In this document: piece after piece, positions 1 through 10,307 of the stretch
Layout: each line of letters begins with the position of its first letter
How positions within the stretch are numbered: the first letter of the stretch is position 1
Source of the DNA: an uncultured cyanobacterium
GTDB lineage: Bacteria; Cyanobacteriota; Cyanobacteriia; Phormidesmidales; Phormidesmidaceae
DNA length: 64,000 nucleotides
Direction: 5' to 3'
Assembly: GCA_963793265.1 (NCBI GenBank)
Contig: CAWBZI010000001.1
Span: 768,001-832,000, forward strand
Notes under the pieces: model-generated
The model's database searches: none
Told to the model about the DNA's origin: nothing
Seen by the model: the letters and a program-made list of their open reading frames with translations, nothing else
Program-made: the position numbers and the translations under genes

Positions 1-1
1 T

Positions 2-178
2 CTCATTGAGCCCTTAGCCTTCGACGGCGACTGGATGCAGGTGCGCGTTACTAGGCCCGCCTCTAGTTGCCGCCCATTGACAGGCGCGACCACCACCGAA
101 GGCTGGATGCGCTGGCGCAGCGAAACCCGCGAGTCTTTAGTGTGGTACCGACCCGAAGGCTGCTTATCTGAAAGCTAA
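2..178 (+). CDS. 3' end of a hypothetical protein (begins before the window)
   Basis: Open frame from the window edge, LIEPLAFDGDWMQVRV...WYRPEGCLSES, ending at TAA 176-178. Confidence 0.6.
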   Translation, partial: LIEPLAFDGDWMQVRVTRPASSCRPLTGATTTEGWMRWRSETRESLVWYRPEGCLSES

Positions 179-422
179 GTAGCACACAGGCGTAAACTAC
201 TGATATCTCCCGCGGTATTGCACCGTCTTTAGATCATCTTAAGATTGGCTTATCTTGGCGATGGCTTTTGCCGTACAATCACTTAAGCGAAAAGCGTTGG
301 ATTAGTGGTTGCAGCAAACGTCAGAATGCACTAGCTCATTTTTTCTGTAGCGCTACAGATTGAGCAGTTTCGCGCTGAAGATCTTCGCTTTAAAAGAAGT
401 TTTACTCTAGGCATCTCTTCCT

Positions 423-2012
423 ATGTCGATCGGTTATGTTGCACTCGTTCTCCACGCTCATCTCCCCTTCGTTCGCCACCCTGAGAGCGACTTTGTACTA
501 GAAGAAGAATGGCTATTCGAGGCCATTACTGAAACCTATGTGCCTTTGCTCACCATGTTTGAGGGGCTAAAGCGCGACGGCATCGACTTTAAGATGACCA
601 TGAGCATGACCCCGCCGCTAGCCTCTATGCTGCGCGATCCGCTGCTACAGGAGCGCTACGACGTGCATCTCACCCAGCTAGAAGAGCTGCTAGAGATGGA
701 GATTTCTCGCAACACGCACAACGGTCATATCAAGTATTTGGCTGAATACTATGCGAATGAGTTTGCGCAGGTTCGTAAGGTATGGGAGTACTATAGCGGC
801 GATTTAACCAAGGGCTTTCGTAAGTTTTTAGAAAGCGGCAATCTCGACATTATGACCTGTGGGGCCACGCACGGTTATCTGCCGCTGATGAAAATGTATC
901 CCGAGGCAGTGTGGGCACAAATTGAGGTGGCCTGCCAAAGCCACGAAGATAACTTTGGCCGCAGACCCACGGGTATTTGGCTTCCTGAGTGCGCCTACTA
1001 CGAAGGGCTAGAGCGAATGCTAGCCGATGCGGGACTGCGCTATTTTCTCACTGACGGTCACGGCATTTTGTACGCCCGTCCGCGGCCTAGATACGGAGCC
1101 TACGCGCCGATTTACACCGAATCAGGCGTCGCCGCCTTTGGTCGCGATCAGGAATCTTCGCAGCAGGTGTGGTCTTCAAAAGTCGGCTATCCTGGCGCTT
1201 CAGAGTACCGAGAGTTTTATCGCGACTTAGGTTGGGATGCCGAGTATGAGTACATTAAGCCCTACATTATGCCAAACGGGCAGCGCAAAAATGTCGGCAT
1301 CAAGTATCACAAAATTACAGGTAAGGATGTCGGCGGCTCAGATAAAGCCTGGTACGACCCTTACTGGGCGCGTGAGAAAGCAGCCGAGCACGCTGCTAAC
1401 TTTATGTTCAACCGCGAGCAGCAGGTCGGCAAGCTTCACAGCATGATGCAGCGCAAGCCCATCGTTGTTTCACCCTACGATGCCGAACTCTACGGCCATT
1501 GGTGGTACGAGGGCCCCTGGTTCTTAGACTACTTTTTCCGTAAGAGCTGGCACGACCAGGGCACTTACGAAATGACGCACCTAGCCGACTACCTTCAAAG
1601 CAATCCGACTCAGCAGGTGGCGCGGCCCTCGCAGTCCAGTTGGGGCTACAAGGGCTTTCATGAATACTGGCTGAATGAAAAGAATGCCTGGGTTTACCCG
1701 CATTTGCACAAAGCGGCTGAGCGTATGATTGAGCTGGCCCGGCGCGAACCGGCAGACGAGTTGCAGTGGCGAGCGCTAAATCAGGCGGCGAGAGAACTGC
1801 TGCTAGCGCAGGCTTCAGACTGGGCCTTTATTATGCGGACGGGCACGATGGTGCCTTATGCCGTGAGAAGAACCAGATCGCACCTAATGCGGTTCAACAA
1901 ACTGTGGGAAGACATTCGCGCTGAGCAAATTGACGCGGGATGGCTAGAGAAGGTGGAAGAAATCGACAATATCTTCCCGAATGTGAACTACAGAACGTAT
2001 CGCCCTTTGTAG
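423..2012 (+). CDS. GH57-family 1,4-alpha-glucan branching enzyme (with DUF1957)
   Basis: LHAHLPFV, GIWLPECAY (nucleophile), PYDAELYGHWWYEG and QASDWAF motifs. Confidence 0.92.
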   Translation: MSIGYVALVLHAHLPFVRHPESDFVLEEEWLFEAITETYVPLLTMFEGLKRDGIDFKMTMSMTPPLASMLRDPLLQERYDVHLTQLEELLEMEISRNTHNGHIKYLAEYYANEFAQVRKVWEYYSGDLTKGFRKFLESGNLDIMTCGATHGYLPLMKMYPEAVWAQIEVACQSHEDNFGRRPTGIWLPECAYYEGLERMLADAGLRYFLTDGHGILYARPRPRYGAYAPIYTESGVAAFGRDQESSQQVWSSKVGYPGASEYREFYRDLGWDAEYEYIKPYIMPNGQRKNVGIKYHKITGKDVGGSDKAWYDPYWAREKAAEHAANFMFNREQQVGKLHSMMQRKPIVVSPYDAELYGHWWYEGPWFLDYFFRKSWHDQGTYEMTHLADYLQSNPTQQVARPSQSSWGYKGFHEYWLNEKNAWVYPHLHKAAERMIELARREPADELQWRALNQAARELLLAQASDWAFIMRTGTMVPYAVRRTRSHLMRFNKLWEDIRAEQIDAGWLEKVEEIDNIFPNVNYRTYRPL

Positions 2013-2039
2013 GCGTTCAGGGACGCGGTGTAGTTTCTC

Positions 2040-3020
2040 ATGTTCAGCTTTTGGCTTTTGCCTGTTTTATTAGTAACGGGTGTTTATCAGGCGATCGCAC
2101 TCATCCACGAAAACAAACAAAAGCCCCCCGGACGCCTAATCGACGTAGGCGGACATCGCTTGCATCTGTTACACATCCCTTCAACTAACCAAACTATTGC
2201 CAATAGACCGACTGTGATAATCGACCACAGTCTAGGTGGGGTAGAAGGCTATTTGTTGATTAAAGAGATTGCACAGGATGCTGAAGTTTGTTTGTGCGAT
2301 CGCGCTGGCTACGGCTGGAGTGACGTGAGTAAACGGCCCACCACGAGTGAGGAGAGTGTGCGATCGCTCAACACTGCCCTCGCCAAGGCCAATATAAAAC
2401 CACCCTACATTCTCGTTGGCGATTCCCTCGGCAGCTACAACATGCGTCTTTACGCGCACCACTTTCCAGAAAAAGTCGTCGGCATGGTGCTCACCGATGG
2501 CCTCCACGAAAAAGCCCTGCTTAAAATGCCAGTACAGCTACGGCTCCTACAGCTTTTCTTCCTGGCAGGCTTCATCATTAGCATTCCAGGCTCCGCATTA
2601 GGCGTTATCCGCGCTGCCGCCCACCTCGGCCTATTTACCCTTCTCAAACCAGAACTAAAGCAAGCCTCACCCACCGATCTCAAGCCAGTCATCCGAAGCT
2701 TCTGTCGGCCTAAGCACTGGCTCACCATGGCCCGCGAAATCGCGAACATAGACAGTAGCGGCCAGCAATTAAAAATGGCTAATATGTTTGGCAATCTCCC
2801 TATCGTCAACATCAAGGCACGTTACTTTTTCAAACCTACCTGGCTCACCGAAAGACTTCCTCTCAGAAAAGTCGAACAGCTACGTGAAGAAATGCATACT
2901 GACTTAATGACACTCTCCACTCGCTGTACTCAGCTAACAGCGAACAGCAGTCACTTCGTATGGATCGATCAGCCACAAGTGATTGTGCAAGCTGTGCAAT
3001 TGCTGTTATGGAAAAAGTAA
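2040..3020 (+). CDS. Alpha/beta-fold hydrolase
   Basis: DRAGYGWS, GDSLG nucleophile elbow, C-terminal SHFVWIDQP. Confidence 0.85.
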   Translation: MFSFWLLPVLLVTGVYQAIALIHENKQKPPGRLIDVGGHRLHLLHIPSTNQTIANRPTVIIDHSLGGVEGYLLIKEIAQDAEVCLCDRAGYGWSDVSKRPTTSEESVRSLNTALAKANIKPPYILVGDSLGSYNMRLYAHHFPEKVVGMVLTDGLHEKALLKMPVQLRLLQLFFLAGFIISIPGSALGVIRAAAHLGLFTLLKPELKQASPTDLKPVIRSFCRPKHWLTMAREIANIDSSGQQLKMANMFGNLPIVNIKARYFFKPTWLTERLPLRKVEQLREEMHTDLMTLSTRCTQLTANSSHFVWIDQPQVIVQAVQLLLWKK

Positions 3021-3067
3021 CAACGCCATTCGCCCATCATGAGCAGATGATGTGTTGCTATTGACCG

Positions 3068-3532
3068 TTAAACCAGCTCACTATTGTCGCCTGGAAAGAA
3101 TTGCGGATCGATAATTTGTGCCCAGCTATAGGTCACCGCTTCAGGAAAGGCACTTTCTGGAAGCTCAGTTTCACCCATCGCTAAATCTCTAGCGTTGATG
3201 TAGGCACTGGTCACAGCTTCTTCTAGATAAGGCTTTAAACTGGGGCTCTCTTGCAGCAGTCTTAGCAAATCACGGCGCTGAACACGAATCATTGCTAGCC
3301 AGCTACGGCTCCTCTTTTCGGGCTGGTACTCCCATTTCAACAAGTGAGCGAGCAGCACAGCTAAACGACTACGCATTTCTCGCCTTTGCTGCTTACCCAA
3401 AGACTCAATCTCCTCAACCAGGTTAGGCACATCGATATCGTTCCACTGCCCAGACTGTAATAGCGAGGACTGTTGCTGTGTCCAAGCATAGAAGTCTTCT
3501 TCGTAGCAGGTTTTTCCTTTCTGACCTTTCAT
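3068..3532 (-). CDS. DUF29 family protein (start codon uncertain, 3532-3577)
   Basis: YEEDFYAW...LVEEIESLG...LLAHLLKWEYQPEKRSRSW...SPSLK signature. Confidence 0.88.
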   Translation of the reverse strand: MKGQKGKTCYEEDFYAWTQQQSSLLQSGQWNDIDVPNLVEEIESLGKQQRREMRSRLAVLLAHLLKWEYQPEKRSRSWLAMIRVQRRDLLRLLQESPSLKPYLEEAVTSAYINARDLAMGETELPESAFPEAVTYSWAQIIDPQFFPGDNSELV

Positions 3533-3738
3533 CAAAACAAAGCTGTCTTTATAGTCTTTCATCTCGACTGTCCACAAAATTTAGGGATAAAAGATAGTCC
3601 GAATCTTCGCTCGATCTTAGTGCGTAATTAACAGGTGCAGCAAAGCTGATATTCATGTGACAAATGTGATACTAATGGAGTACAGGAGGTTTTGATAGAC
3701 TCTTGTCTTTATCGCTGTCATACCCTGAAGGATAGTAC

Positions 3739-3996
3739 ATGCCAAATAAAACCCTACGTGTTCAGGCGAGAATAGAACCAGAACTAAAAGTTGCGGCTGA
3801 GAAAGTTTTTGAAAGCCTTGGTCTAACGCCTACTGAGGCTATTCGTGTCTTTTACAGACAGGTAGAGCTTCATCAAGGTCTACCTTTTGATTTAAAAATT
3901 CCTAATGAGACGACTCTGGCCGCCCTCGCTGAGGCAGAGAATATAGAAAACTTAGAAACTTATACCAATACCAGTGATCTTTTTGAGAACTTGTAG
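3739..3996 (+). CDS. Type II antitoxin, RelB/DinJ family
   Basis: RHH-like VQARIEPELK...LGLTPTEAIRVF...GLPFDLKIPNETT; directly upstream of a YafQ-like toxin. Confidence 0.88.
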   Translation: MPNKTLRVQARIEPELKVAAEKVFESLGLTPTEAIRVFYRQVELHQGLPFDLKIPNETTLAALAEAENIENLETYTNTSDLFENL

Positions 3997-4023
3997 GCAA
4001 ATACAAATGAACGGCAGAACTCA

Positions 4024-4293
4024 GTGCGTGAACTCAAAATTACTAGCCAGTTCAAAAAAGATCTGAAGAAGGCAAAGCAGAGAGGAAAAGAACTAGAAAA
4101 ACTCAATACGATAATCAGCGACATTAGAGAAGGCATGACGTTAGATCCGAAATATTTAGATCACGCTTTGTCAGGGAATAGAAAGGGTAGTCGCGATTGC
4201 CATATAGAACCGGACTGGCTTCTAATCTATAAGGTTTCTGGCAATACTCTTATCCTCGTAAGAACAGGAAGTCATTCAGACTTATGCAGATAA
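4024..4293 (+). CDS. Type II toxin, YafQ/RelE-family mRNA interferase
   Basis: FKKDLKK...DHALSG...RDCHIEPDWLLIY...RTGSHSDL. Confidence 0.9.
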   Translation: MRELKITSQFKKDLKKAKQRGKELEKLNTIISDIREGMTLDPKYLDHALSGNRKGSRDCHIEPDWLLIYKVSGNTLILVRTGSHSDLCR

Positions 4294-4316
4294 CAGCAGT
4301 TGCTTAAAGCAAAGAA

Positions 4317-4343
4317 GCGATCGCACTCAATAAATGCGATCGC
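4317..4343. terminator. Hairpin built from two HIP1 sites between the convergent toxin and petA genes
   Basis: GCGATCGCA-ctcaataaa-TGCGATCGC flanked by AAAG and CTTT. Confidence 0.5.
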
Positions 4344-4376
4344 CCTTTCACAATTCAAACCCAAAGCTATCGAAAC

Positions 4377-5375
4377 TTAGAAGCTCATTTCAGCCGCCTG
4401 AACTTTCTCAACCTGCTTCTTCTTCAGAACCAACAGAATTTGAGAGAGACTGATTGCAGCCAAGAAAGCAATCAAACCTTTAATGCGATTAGGGCTCTGT
4501 AGCACCATCTCTTTCTCAGTTTGACCAAAGCCGCCCATATTAGGATTGCTCGTCAACGGCTTACCCGCTTCAACCGCATCACCCTGATTCACCAGTAGCT
4601 CAGGGCCGACTGGAATATCTTCGGTGACCGTGCTGCCATCTTCTTTGTTAATAGTCACGGTGTAGCCCGCATCTGTCTTATCAATCGCAGCAATCGTACC
4701 CGTTGCAGGCGCATTGTAAACCGCGTTGTTAGAAGCTAGGCCCGTGGGATATACCTGGCCGCGACCTCGGTTACCGCCTACAAATACCAGATTTTTACCA
4801 AAGTGAACGTTCTTGTTAGTCGCCGGGTCAGGAGAGAGCACAGGAAACACGATTTCCTGGTACTGTTCGCCGGGCAAGGGGCCAACAATCACCCAGTTAG
4901 GGTGCTCATCGCTGTATTCCTGGAAGTAGGTGCTGCCAACCTCTTCTTGAATGTCCTCAGGAATACGGTCAGGAGGAGCAATCGTGAAGCCTTCAGGCAA
5001 CATCATTACTGCGCCAACGTTGAGGCCACCTTTGCTACCGTCACCGAGCACTTGCTGCGTGTCAAGATCGTAAGGAATCTCGACGGTGGCTTTAAATACG
5101 GTGTCAGGCAAAACGGACTGAGGCACTTCAAGGATGGTCTTTTTCTCAGCGAGGTGACAGTTAGCGCACACGATGCGGCCCGTCGCTTCGCGAGGCGTCT
5201 CGTAGTTTTCTTGAGCCCAAAAGGGGTAAGCCTGAGCAGTCTCGGGCATTACCCAGCTACTCGAGCAAAGCAAAATGAACGCTGCAAGCAGAACGCCTGC
5301 GCTCTGGAAACCAGAATTAAAGCCAGATATTAGCTTAGAAAAAATAGATCTTGCGGTCATGGGTAGGGATTTCAT
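4377..5375 (-). CDS. petA: Apocytochrome f (start 5375 or 5360)
   Basis: AQA/YPFWAQ signal cleavage, CANCH heme motif, C-terminal TM and [16 protein letters not shown]. Confidence 0.97.
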   Translation of the reverse strand: MKSLPMTARSIFSKLISGFNSGFQSAGVLLAAFILLCSSSWVMPETAQAYPFWAQENYETPREATGRIVCANCHLAEKKTILEVPQSVLPDTVFKATVEIPYDLDTQQVLGDGSKGGLNVGAVMMLPEGFTIAPPDRIPEDIQEEVGSTYFQEYSDEHPNWVIVGPLPGEQYQEIVFPVLSPDPATNKNVHFGKNLVFVGGNRGRGQVYPTGLASNNAVYNAPATGTIAAIDKTDAGYTVTINKEDGSTVTEDIPVGPELLVNQGDAVEAGKPLTSNPNMGGFGQTEKEMVLQSPNRIKGLIAFLAAISLSQILLVLKKKQVEKVQAAEMSF

Positions 5376-5449
5376 GCGTGCTAGCAAGGTAACGGAGGTA
5401 TTTAACACAAACTCTTTTAAAGGACTCTCTTTAAAGAGAGAACATCGGC

Positions 5450-5989
5450 TTACCACCAGGGCTTGTCGCCTGTGCGGAAGTCTGTTTCTGTCCAGTTGGT
5501 GAGCACGACGTTTTCATCTTCACTGACATCGGCGTGAGCAAGTGCAAGTGACAACGGCGCAGGGCCGCGAACAACCTTGCCGGTAGCATCGTACTGGGAG
5601 CCATGGCAAGGGCACTTGAACTTGCCTTCGTTCACATCCCAAGGAACGACGCAGCCAAGGTGTGTGCAAATAGAGCTGATGCCATAGCTTTCTAAGCCGC
5701 CTTCTTCTTTAACAACCAGATAAGTCGGGTCGCCTTTGAGCCCTTGAACCAACACGCGATCGCCTGGATTGTGCTCTTCTAGAAAGGCTGAAGCGTTAAC
5801 ATTGTCACCCAAGGCATCTTTTGCGGTAACGCCGCCACCGCCGCCGCCACTGCTGGGCGGGATGAAGTATTTAATTACCGGATACGAAGCGCCCAAAACA
5901 GTACCTGTGATGGTACCGAAAGTTAGCAGGTTCATAAATTGGCGACGCCCTAAATCAGGGACATCGGGGTTTCCAGAAGCTTGGGTCAT
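5450..5989 (-). CDS. petC: Cytochrome b6f Rieske iron-sulfur subunit
   Basis: RRQFMNLL Tat signal, CTHLGC and CPCHGS Rieske boxes; upstream of petA. Confidence 0.97.
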   Translation of the reverse strand: MTQASGNPDVPDLGRRQFMNLLTFGTITGTVLGASYPVIKYFIPPSSGGGGGGVTAKDALGDNVNASAFLEEHNPGDRVLVQGLKGDPTYLVVKEEGGLESYGISSICTHLGCVVPWDVNEGKFKCPCHGSQYDATGKVVRGPAPLSLALAHADVSEDENVVLTNWTETDFRTGDKPWW

Positions 5990-6285
5990 AGGTCAGCTAT
6001 CAAAACGCTACATGTTTCTTAGCTTATTATTACATCGTTCAGAGCCTCGAAAGCCTCGTTATGAGAGAACGGCTCACGGGCGAAGCGTGGTAGTGAAGAG
6101 GTTGCCAGCCGGATAAGAAGGTGCTTGTTATCTCTGCTACTTCATTGGAAACGGTTGCTAGATAGAGTAAATAAGGGGTTTAAGAGATTTAAACCGATTT
6201 AGAAAGGTGTTCGTTAAAGGCACTAATTGCACGTTAAACCGGCATGTTTGGCATTGTAAAATGCTGTTTTAATAATGTAAATAAA

Positions 6286-6301
6286 TGTAACTCTAGATAC
6301 A
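6286..6301. promoter_or_regulatory. Possible NtcA-binding site
   Basis: tGTAactctagaTACa matches GTA-N8-TAC, in the petC/DUF3067 divergent intergenic region. Confidence 0.4.
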
Positions 6302-6409
6302 AACCGTTCTCTCATAAAGCCCGACCCACAAACAGACAGCCTGTCAATAACCGCTACCATCAAAAAGAATGCGATCGTCCGCCTAATCAATCTCACCTGA
6401 CCTCGCCCT

Positions 6410-6727
6410 ATGACCGGCCAAGACCTACACGAACTGTTGATAGAGAAATGGGGCTATTCCTACGACGTACAGCTCCGTAAGCTTCCGCGCAAAGTTTTCT
6501 TTCAGGTGATGTGGCGCTACTTAGAGCAGGCGTCTTTTCCGATGAGTGAGGGCGACTACTTTGCCCACTTAGATGAGGTCACCGCCTACCTCAATGCTTG
6601 GGGCGCGACCGGGCAGATTCAGTCTTTTATAGAACAAACCAACGAAAGGCCCCGACTGGGCAAAGCCGTTAGCATTCCGGTTGATTTGGGCTCTAGGGCT
6701 TCTGAGTGGCTGATAGATGACAAATAG
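6410..6727 (+). CDS. DUF3067 family protein
   Basis: KWGYSYDVQL...QVMWRYLEQASFPMSE...RPRLGKAVSIP; commonly next to petC. Confidence 0.85.
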   Translation: MTGQDLHELLIEKWGYSYDVQLRKLPRKVFFQVMWRYLEQASFPMSEGDYFAHLDEVTAYLNAWGATGQIQSFIEQTNERPRLGKAVSIPVDLGSRASEWLIDDK

Positions 6728-7108
6728 ACTTCAGTTAAAGAAAGAATAAGTCACCCTAAAGAAAAATCAATGGCTGTAAAGAATGCAGCGATTGTTAGGT
6801 ATTCATGACAGGGCGTTACGTACAGACAGTAGTATTTGAGTGCGAGTTTCTTCGTATACTAAAGCCTTTCAGGTTTGTATATAAAAGACGCCCTATATTG
6901 ACCAAAATTTTAGACATCGATCAAAAATTGCGGATTCCTCTAAAACAGTCCTAGCGATAGGGAAAAAATAAGCACGTAGCGCTTTAGGGTAGGGCATCTA
7001 TTGCCTTTAGAACCTGGTTATAGGCTGCGTTTTATTTCTGTAGTAGGAATCCGTGACTGAATGCTAAGGTTTTTTTGACCATCTCCATACAAGTTTTGAG
7101 GGCCAGCC

Positions 7109-8110
7109 GTGATCCGCTCTGCAACACTGCCACTAAATACGGTGCTCTCCCGCATCGAAAACAACGGTAGCAGTAGACTAAAGCTGTTTTCGGGTTCATC
7201 TAACCGTTCGCTATCGCGCGAGGTTGCTCGCTATCTAGGCACCGACTTAGGGCCAATGGTACGCAAGCGCTTTGCCGACGGCGAGCTTTACGTCCAAATC
7301 CAAGAATCTATTCGCGGCTGCGATGTGTACCTCATTCAGCCCACCTGCCATCCGGTGAATGACAACCTGATGGAGCTATTGATTATGATTGACGCCTGCC
7401 GTCGGGCCTCAGCTCGCCAGATTACCGCCGTGGTGCCCTATTACGGCTATGCCAGAGCCGACCGTAAAACAGCGGGCCGCGAGTCTATTACCGCCAAGCT
7501 CGTTGCTAACCTAATGACGCAAGCCGGGGCTGACCGGGTGCTTTCAATCGACCTGCACTCAGCTCAGATTCAGGGCTACTTCGATATTCCTTGCGATCAT
7601 GTATACGGTTCGGCGGTGCTGGTGAAGTATTTGGCCGACAAAGGCATTGAGGATTTGGTGGTGGTGTCGCCTGACGTGGGTGGCGTAGCCAGAGCCAGAG
7701 CCTTTGCGAAAATGCTGGACGATGCGCCGCTGGCAATTATTGACAAGCGCAGGCAGGCTCACAATGTTGCTGAGGTGATGAACATCATTGGGGACGTTGA
7801 AGGGAAAACGGCGGTGCTGGTCGATGACATGATCGATACTGCCGGGACGATTTCAGCCGGGGCCAAGGTGCTGCGAGACAGCGGCGCAAAGCAGGTGTAT
7901 GCCTGTGCGACTCATGCCGTCTTTTCGCCGCCTGCGGTAGAACGGCTCTCTAGCGGCTTGTTTGAAGAAGTGATTGTGACTAATACCATCCAGGTGCCTG
8001 CCGACCGGCATTTTGAACAGCTCACGATGCTGTCAGTGGCTGATATGCTCGGTGAGGCAATTTCGCGAATTCACGAAGAAAGCTCGGTGAGCAGCATGTT
8101 CAGGGGCTAG
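7109..8110 (+). CDS. prs: Ribose-phosphate pyrophosphokinase
   Basis: FADGE, PYYGYARADRK, DLHSAQIQGYF and VDDMIDTAGT PRPP loop. Confidence 0.97.
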   Translation: MIRSATLPLNTVLSRIENNGSSRLKLFSGSSNRSLSREVARYLGTDLGPMVRKRFADGELYVQIQESIRGCDVYLIQPTCHPVNDNLMELLIMIDACRRASARQITAVVPYYGYARADRKTAGRESITAKLVANLMTQAGADRVLSIDLHSAQIQGYFDIPCDHVYGSAVLVKYLADKGIEDLVVVSPDVGGVARARAFAKMLDDAPLAIIDKRRQAHNVAEVMNIIGDVEGKTAVLVDDMIDTAGTISAGAKVLRDSGAKQVYACATHAVFSPPAVERLSSGLFEEVIVTNTIQVPADRHFEQLTMLSVADMLGEAISRIHEESSVSSMFRG

Positions 8111-8131
8111 GTTTCTTTAGACAATTTAATG

Positions 8132-8186
8132 CCCACTAAAAAGGGAGTGTGATCGCTAAACGTAATCGCACTCCCTTTTTAGTGGG
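8132..8186. terminator. Long inverted repeat between convergent prs and rpsU (probable bidirectional terminator)
   Basis: CCCACTAAAAAGGGAGTG...CACTCCCTTTTTAGTGGG, 18-bp perfect arms. Confidence 0.75.
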
Positions 8187-8230
8187 TCTTTTTAGTAGAC
8201 CTTCGTCATTTGGCCTTCATCCGAAACAGC

Positions 8231-8419
8231 CTAGCGGCGAGAACGACGCTTACGCTGACGCTGACGGGCTAGCGCTTTACGCTTGTGCTTTTCGGGAGGT
8301 GTCTCAAAATAGCGGTTTTTCTTGATGTCTTGAAAAATGCCTGCGCGCACTACTTTACGCTTAAAGCGTCGGAGCGCGGCTTCGAGATTTTCGTCTTGTC
8401 CGAGGACAACTTGAGCCAT
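8231..8419 (-). CDS. rpsU: 30S ribosomal protein S21
   Basis: ENLEAALRRFKRKV...FETPPEKHKRK. Confidence 0.95.
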   Translation of the reverse strand: MAQVVLGQDENLEAALRRFKRKVVRAGIFQDIKKNRYFETPPEKHKRKALARQRQRKRRSRR

Positions 8420-8495
8420 ATATCTTTCACCTCCTTAATTAATCTGTATTTAGCTCGAACGATAATACTACCCCAACATTGCCAGATACAGCTAA

Positions 8496-8543
8496 CCCGA
8501 TAGTCATAAGCGTCCTTTAATTTTCGGACGAATGACTATCGGG
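8496..8543 (-). terminator. Stem-loop between rbp and rpsU
   Basis: CCCGATAGTCAT...ATGACTATCGGG arms with an inner CGTCC/GGACG pair. Confidence 0.55.
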
Positions 8544-8574
8544 CTGTCGTGAGATTAAGGCTAGGGAATGGATA

Positions 8575-8856
8575 TTAATTCCAACCACCGCCACCTGACG
8601 AACTGCTGCGTGGCTCTCTAGGCTTAGCTTTGTTTACCCGTAGCTCCCGCTCCATCCATTCGGCCCCATCCAAAGCTTCAATCGCTTTGTCTTCAGTGGC
8701 ATCGTCTTCCATTTCTACAAAGGCGAATCCACGAGGGCGTCCGGTTTCGCGATCGGTGGGTAGGGTAATCCGCTTGACCTTACCGTGCTCAGAGAAGACC
8801 TGTTCGAGATCTTCTTCTTTGGCGGAATAAGACAGGTTGCCTACGTAAATTGACAT
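8575..8856 (-). CDS. RRM-type RNA-binding protein (cyanobacterial Rbp family)
   Basis: MSIYVGNLSY (RNP2), RGFAFVEM (RNP1), short Gly-rich tail; rbp-rpsU arrangement. Confidence 0.93.
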   Translation of the reverse strand: MSIYVGNLSYSAKEEDLEQVFSEHGKVKRITLPTDRETGRPRGFAFVEMEDDATEDKAIEALDGAEWMERELRVNKAKPREPRSSSSGGGGWN

Positions 8857-8994
8857 GGCCGATGGGCTCTCCAAAATATTGAGATGTTAAAAGGTGAATC
8901 TATAATCACGACGACATCATATCAACGTGGTTGAATCTATTAGGACTGTGGTCACAAATCCTAAATACTCGTAACATCTCCTTAAAATGGCGAG

Positions 8995-10194
8995 CTACCG
9001 CGTTTTTTGCGCCCAGACGCGAGTCGGCAAACCCCATACGTAAATGAAGCCCTCAGCCGCCTTATGGTCAAACTTATCGTCTTCACCGTAGGTAGATAGC
9101 TCGTCGGTGTAGAGCGTGTTGTCTGACTTACGACCGGCCATGATGGCGTTGCCTTTGAGCAGCTTGACTCTGACGGTGCCAGTGACGCGCTCTTGAGTTT
9201 GCGCAATAAAGGCGTCTAGCGCAGACTTGAGCGGGCTATACCAAAGACCGTTGTAGATCATTTGGCTATAGCTTTGCTCGATATTGCGCTTGTACTGTGT
9301 GACATCGCCTGTGAGCGTCAGGCTCTCTAGGTCGCGGTGGGCGTGGATCAAAACCAGCAGCGCGGGCGCTTCGTAGATTTCGCGAGATTTGATACCGACC
9401 AGGCGGTTCTCAACCATGTCGATGCGGCCTACGCCATGGCGACCCACGATTTCGTTGAGCTTAGTGACTAGAGCAACCGGGCTGAGGGCTTCGCCGTTGA
9501 GGCTAGTAGGGCGACCTTTTTCAAAGCCAATTTCGACGTATTCGGGTTCGTTAGGAGTGTCTGCGATCGCACTTGTCATCACATACACATCTTCAGTCGG
9601 CTCATTCCAAGGATCTTCTAACGGCCCCGCTTCAACCGAGCGGCCCAATAGATTGCGGTCGATGCTGTAAGGCGAAGACTTTTTCACGGGGAACGTAAGG
9701 CCAAATTTTTCGCCATAGGCCATTGCTTCTTCGCGGCTCATGCCCCATTCACGGGCGGGCGCTAGCACTTTGAGATCGGGGTTGAGAGCAGCGATCGCCA
9801 CATCAAACCGCACCTGATCGTTTCCCTTACCCGTACAGCCATGCGCCACCGCATCAGCACCATATTTTGCCGCCGTATCCACCAGCAGCTTCGCAATTAA
9901 AGGACGCGCTAAAGCTGTAGAAAGGGGATAGCGATTTTCGTACAGAGCGTTCGCCTGAATTGCGGGAAATGCGTAGTCCTGAATGAACGTCTCGGTAACA
10001 TCAGTCACCACAGATTCAGCCGCACCACAGTCGAGTGCTTTTTTGCGAATGGGCTCTAGCTCATCGCCCTGCCCTAAGTCAGCAGCGAGGGTGATAACTT
10101 CTTTTACGCCGTACTTTTCTTTGAGGTAAGGGATGCATACCGTCGTATCCACGCCGCCTGAATATGCCAACACGACTTTATCTGCCTGACCCAT
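8995..10194 (-). CDS. argG: Argininosuccinate synthase
   Basis: [22 protein letters not shown] and [14 protein letters not shown] motifs. Confidence 0.97.
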   Translation of the reverse strand: MGQADKVVLAYSGGVDTTVCIPYLKEKYGVKEVITLAADLGQGDELEPIRKKALDCGAAESVVTDVTETFIQDYAFPAIQANALYENRYPLSTALARPLIAKLLVDTAAKYGADAVAHGCTGKGNDQVRFDVAIAALNPDLKVLAPAREWGMSREEAMAYGEKFGLTFPVKKSSPYSIDRNLLGRSVEAGPLEDPWNEPTEDVYVMTSAIADTPNEPEYVEIGFEKGRPTSLNGEALSPVALVTKLNEIVGRHGVGRIDMVENRLVGIKSREIYEAPALLVLIHAHRDLESLTLTGDVTQYKRNIEQSYSQMIYNGLWYSPLKSALDAFIAQTQERVTGTVRVKLLKGNAIMAGRKSDNTLYTDELSTYGEDDKFDHKAAEGFIYVWGLPTRVWAQKTR

Positions 10195-10307
10195 AGCTGT
10201 TTTTGTCCGTATACGAAGTGATCCGCTTCATATTATTACAGCCAGCGTATCCGAGACGATCTAATAGAATGTGATGAAACAAGCACATCCTGCTTCTAAG
10301 AAAATCT

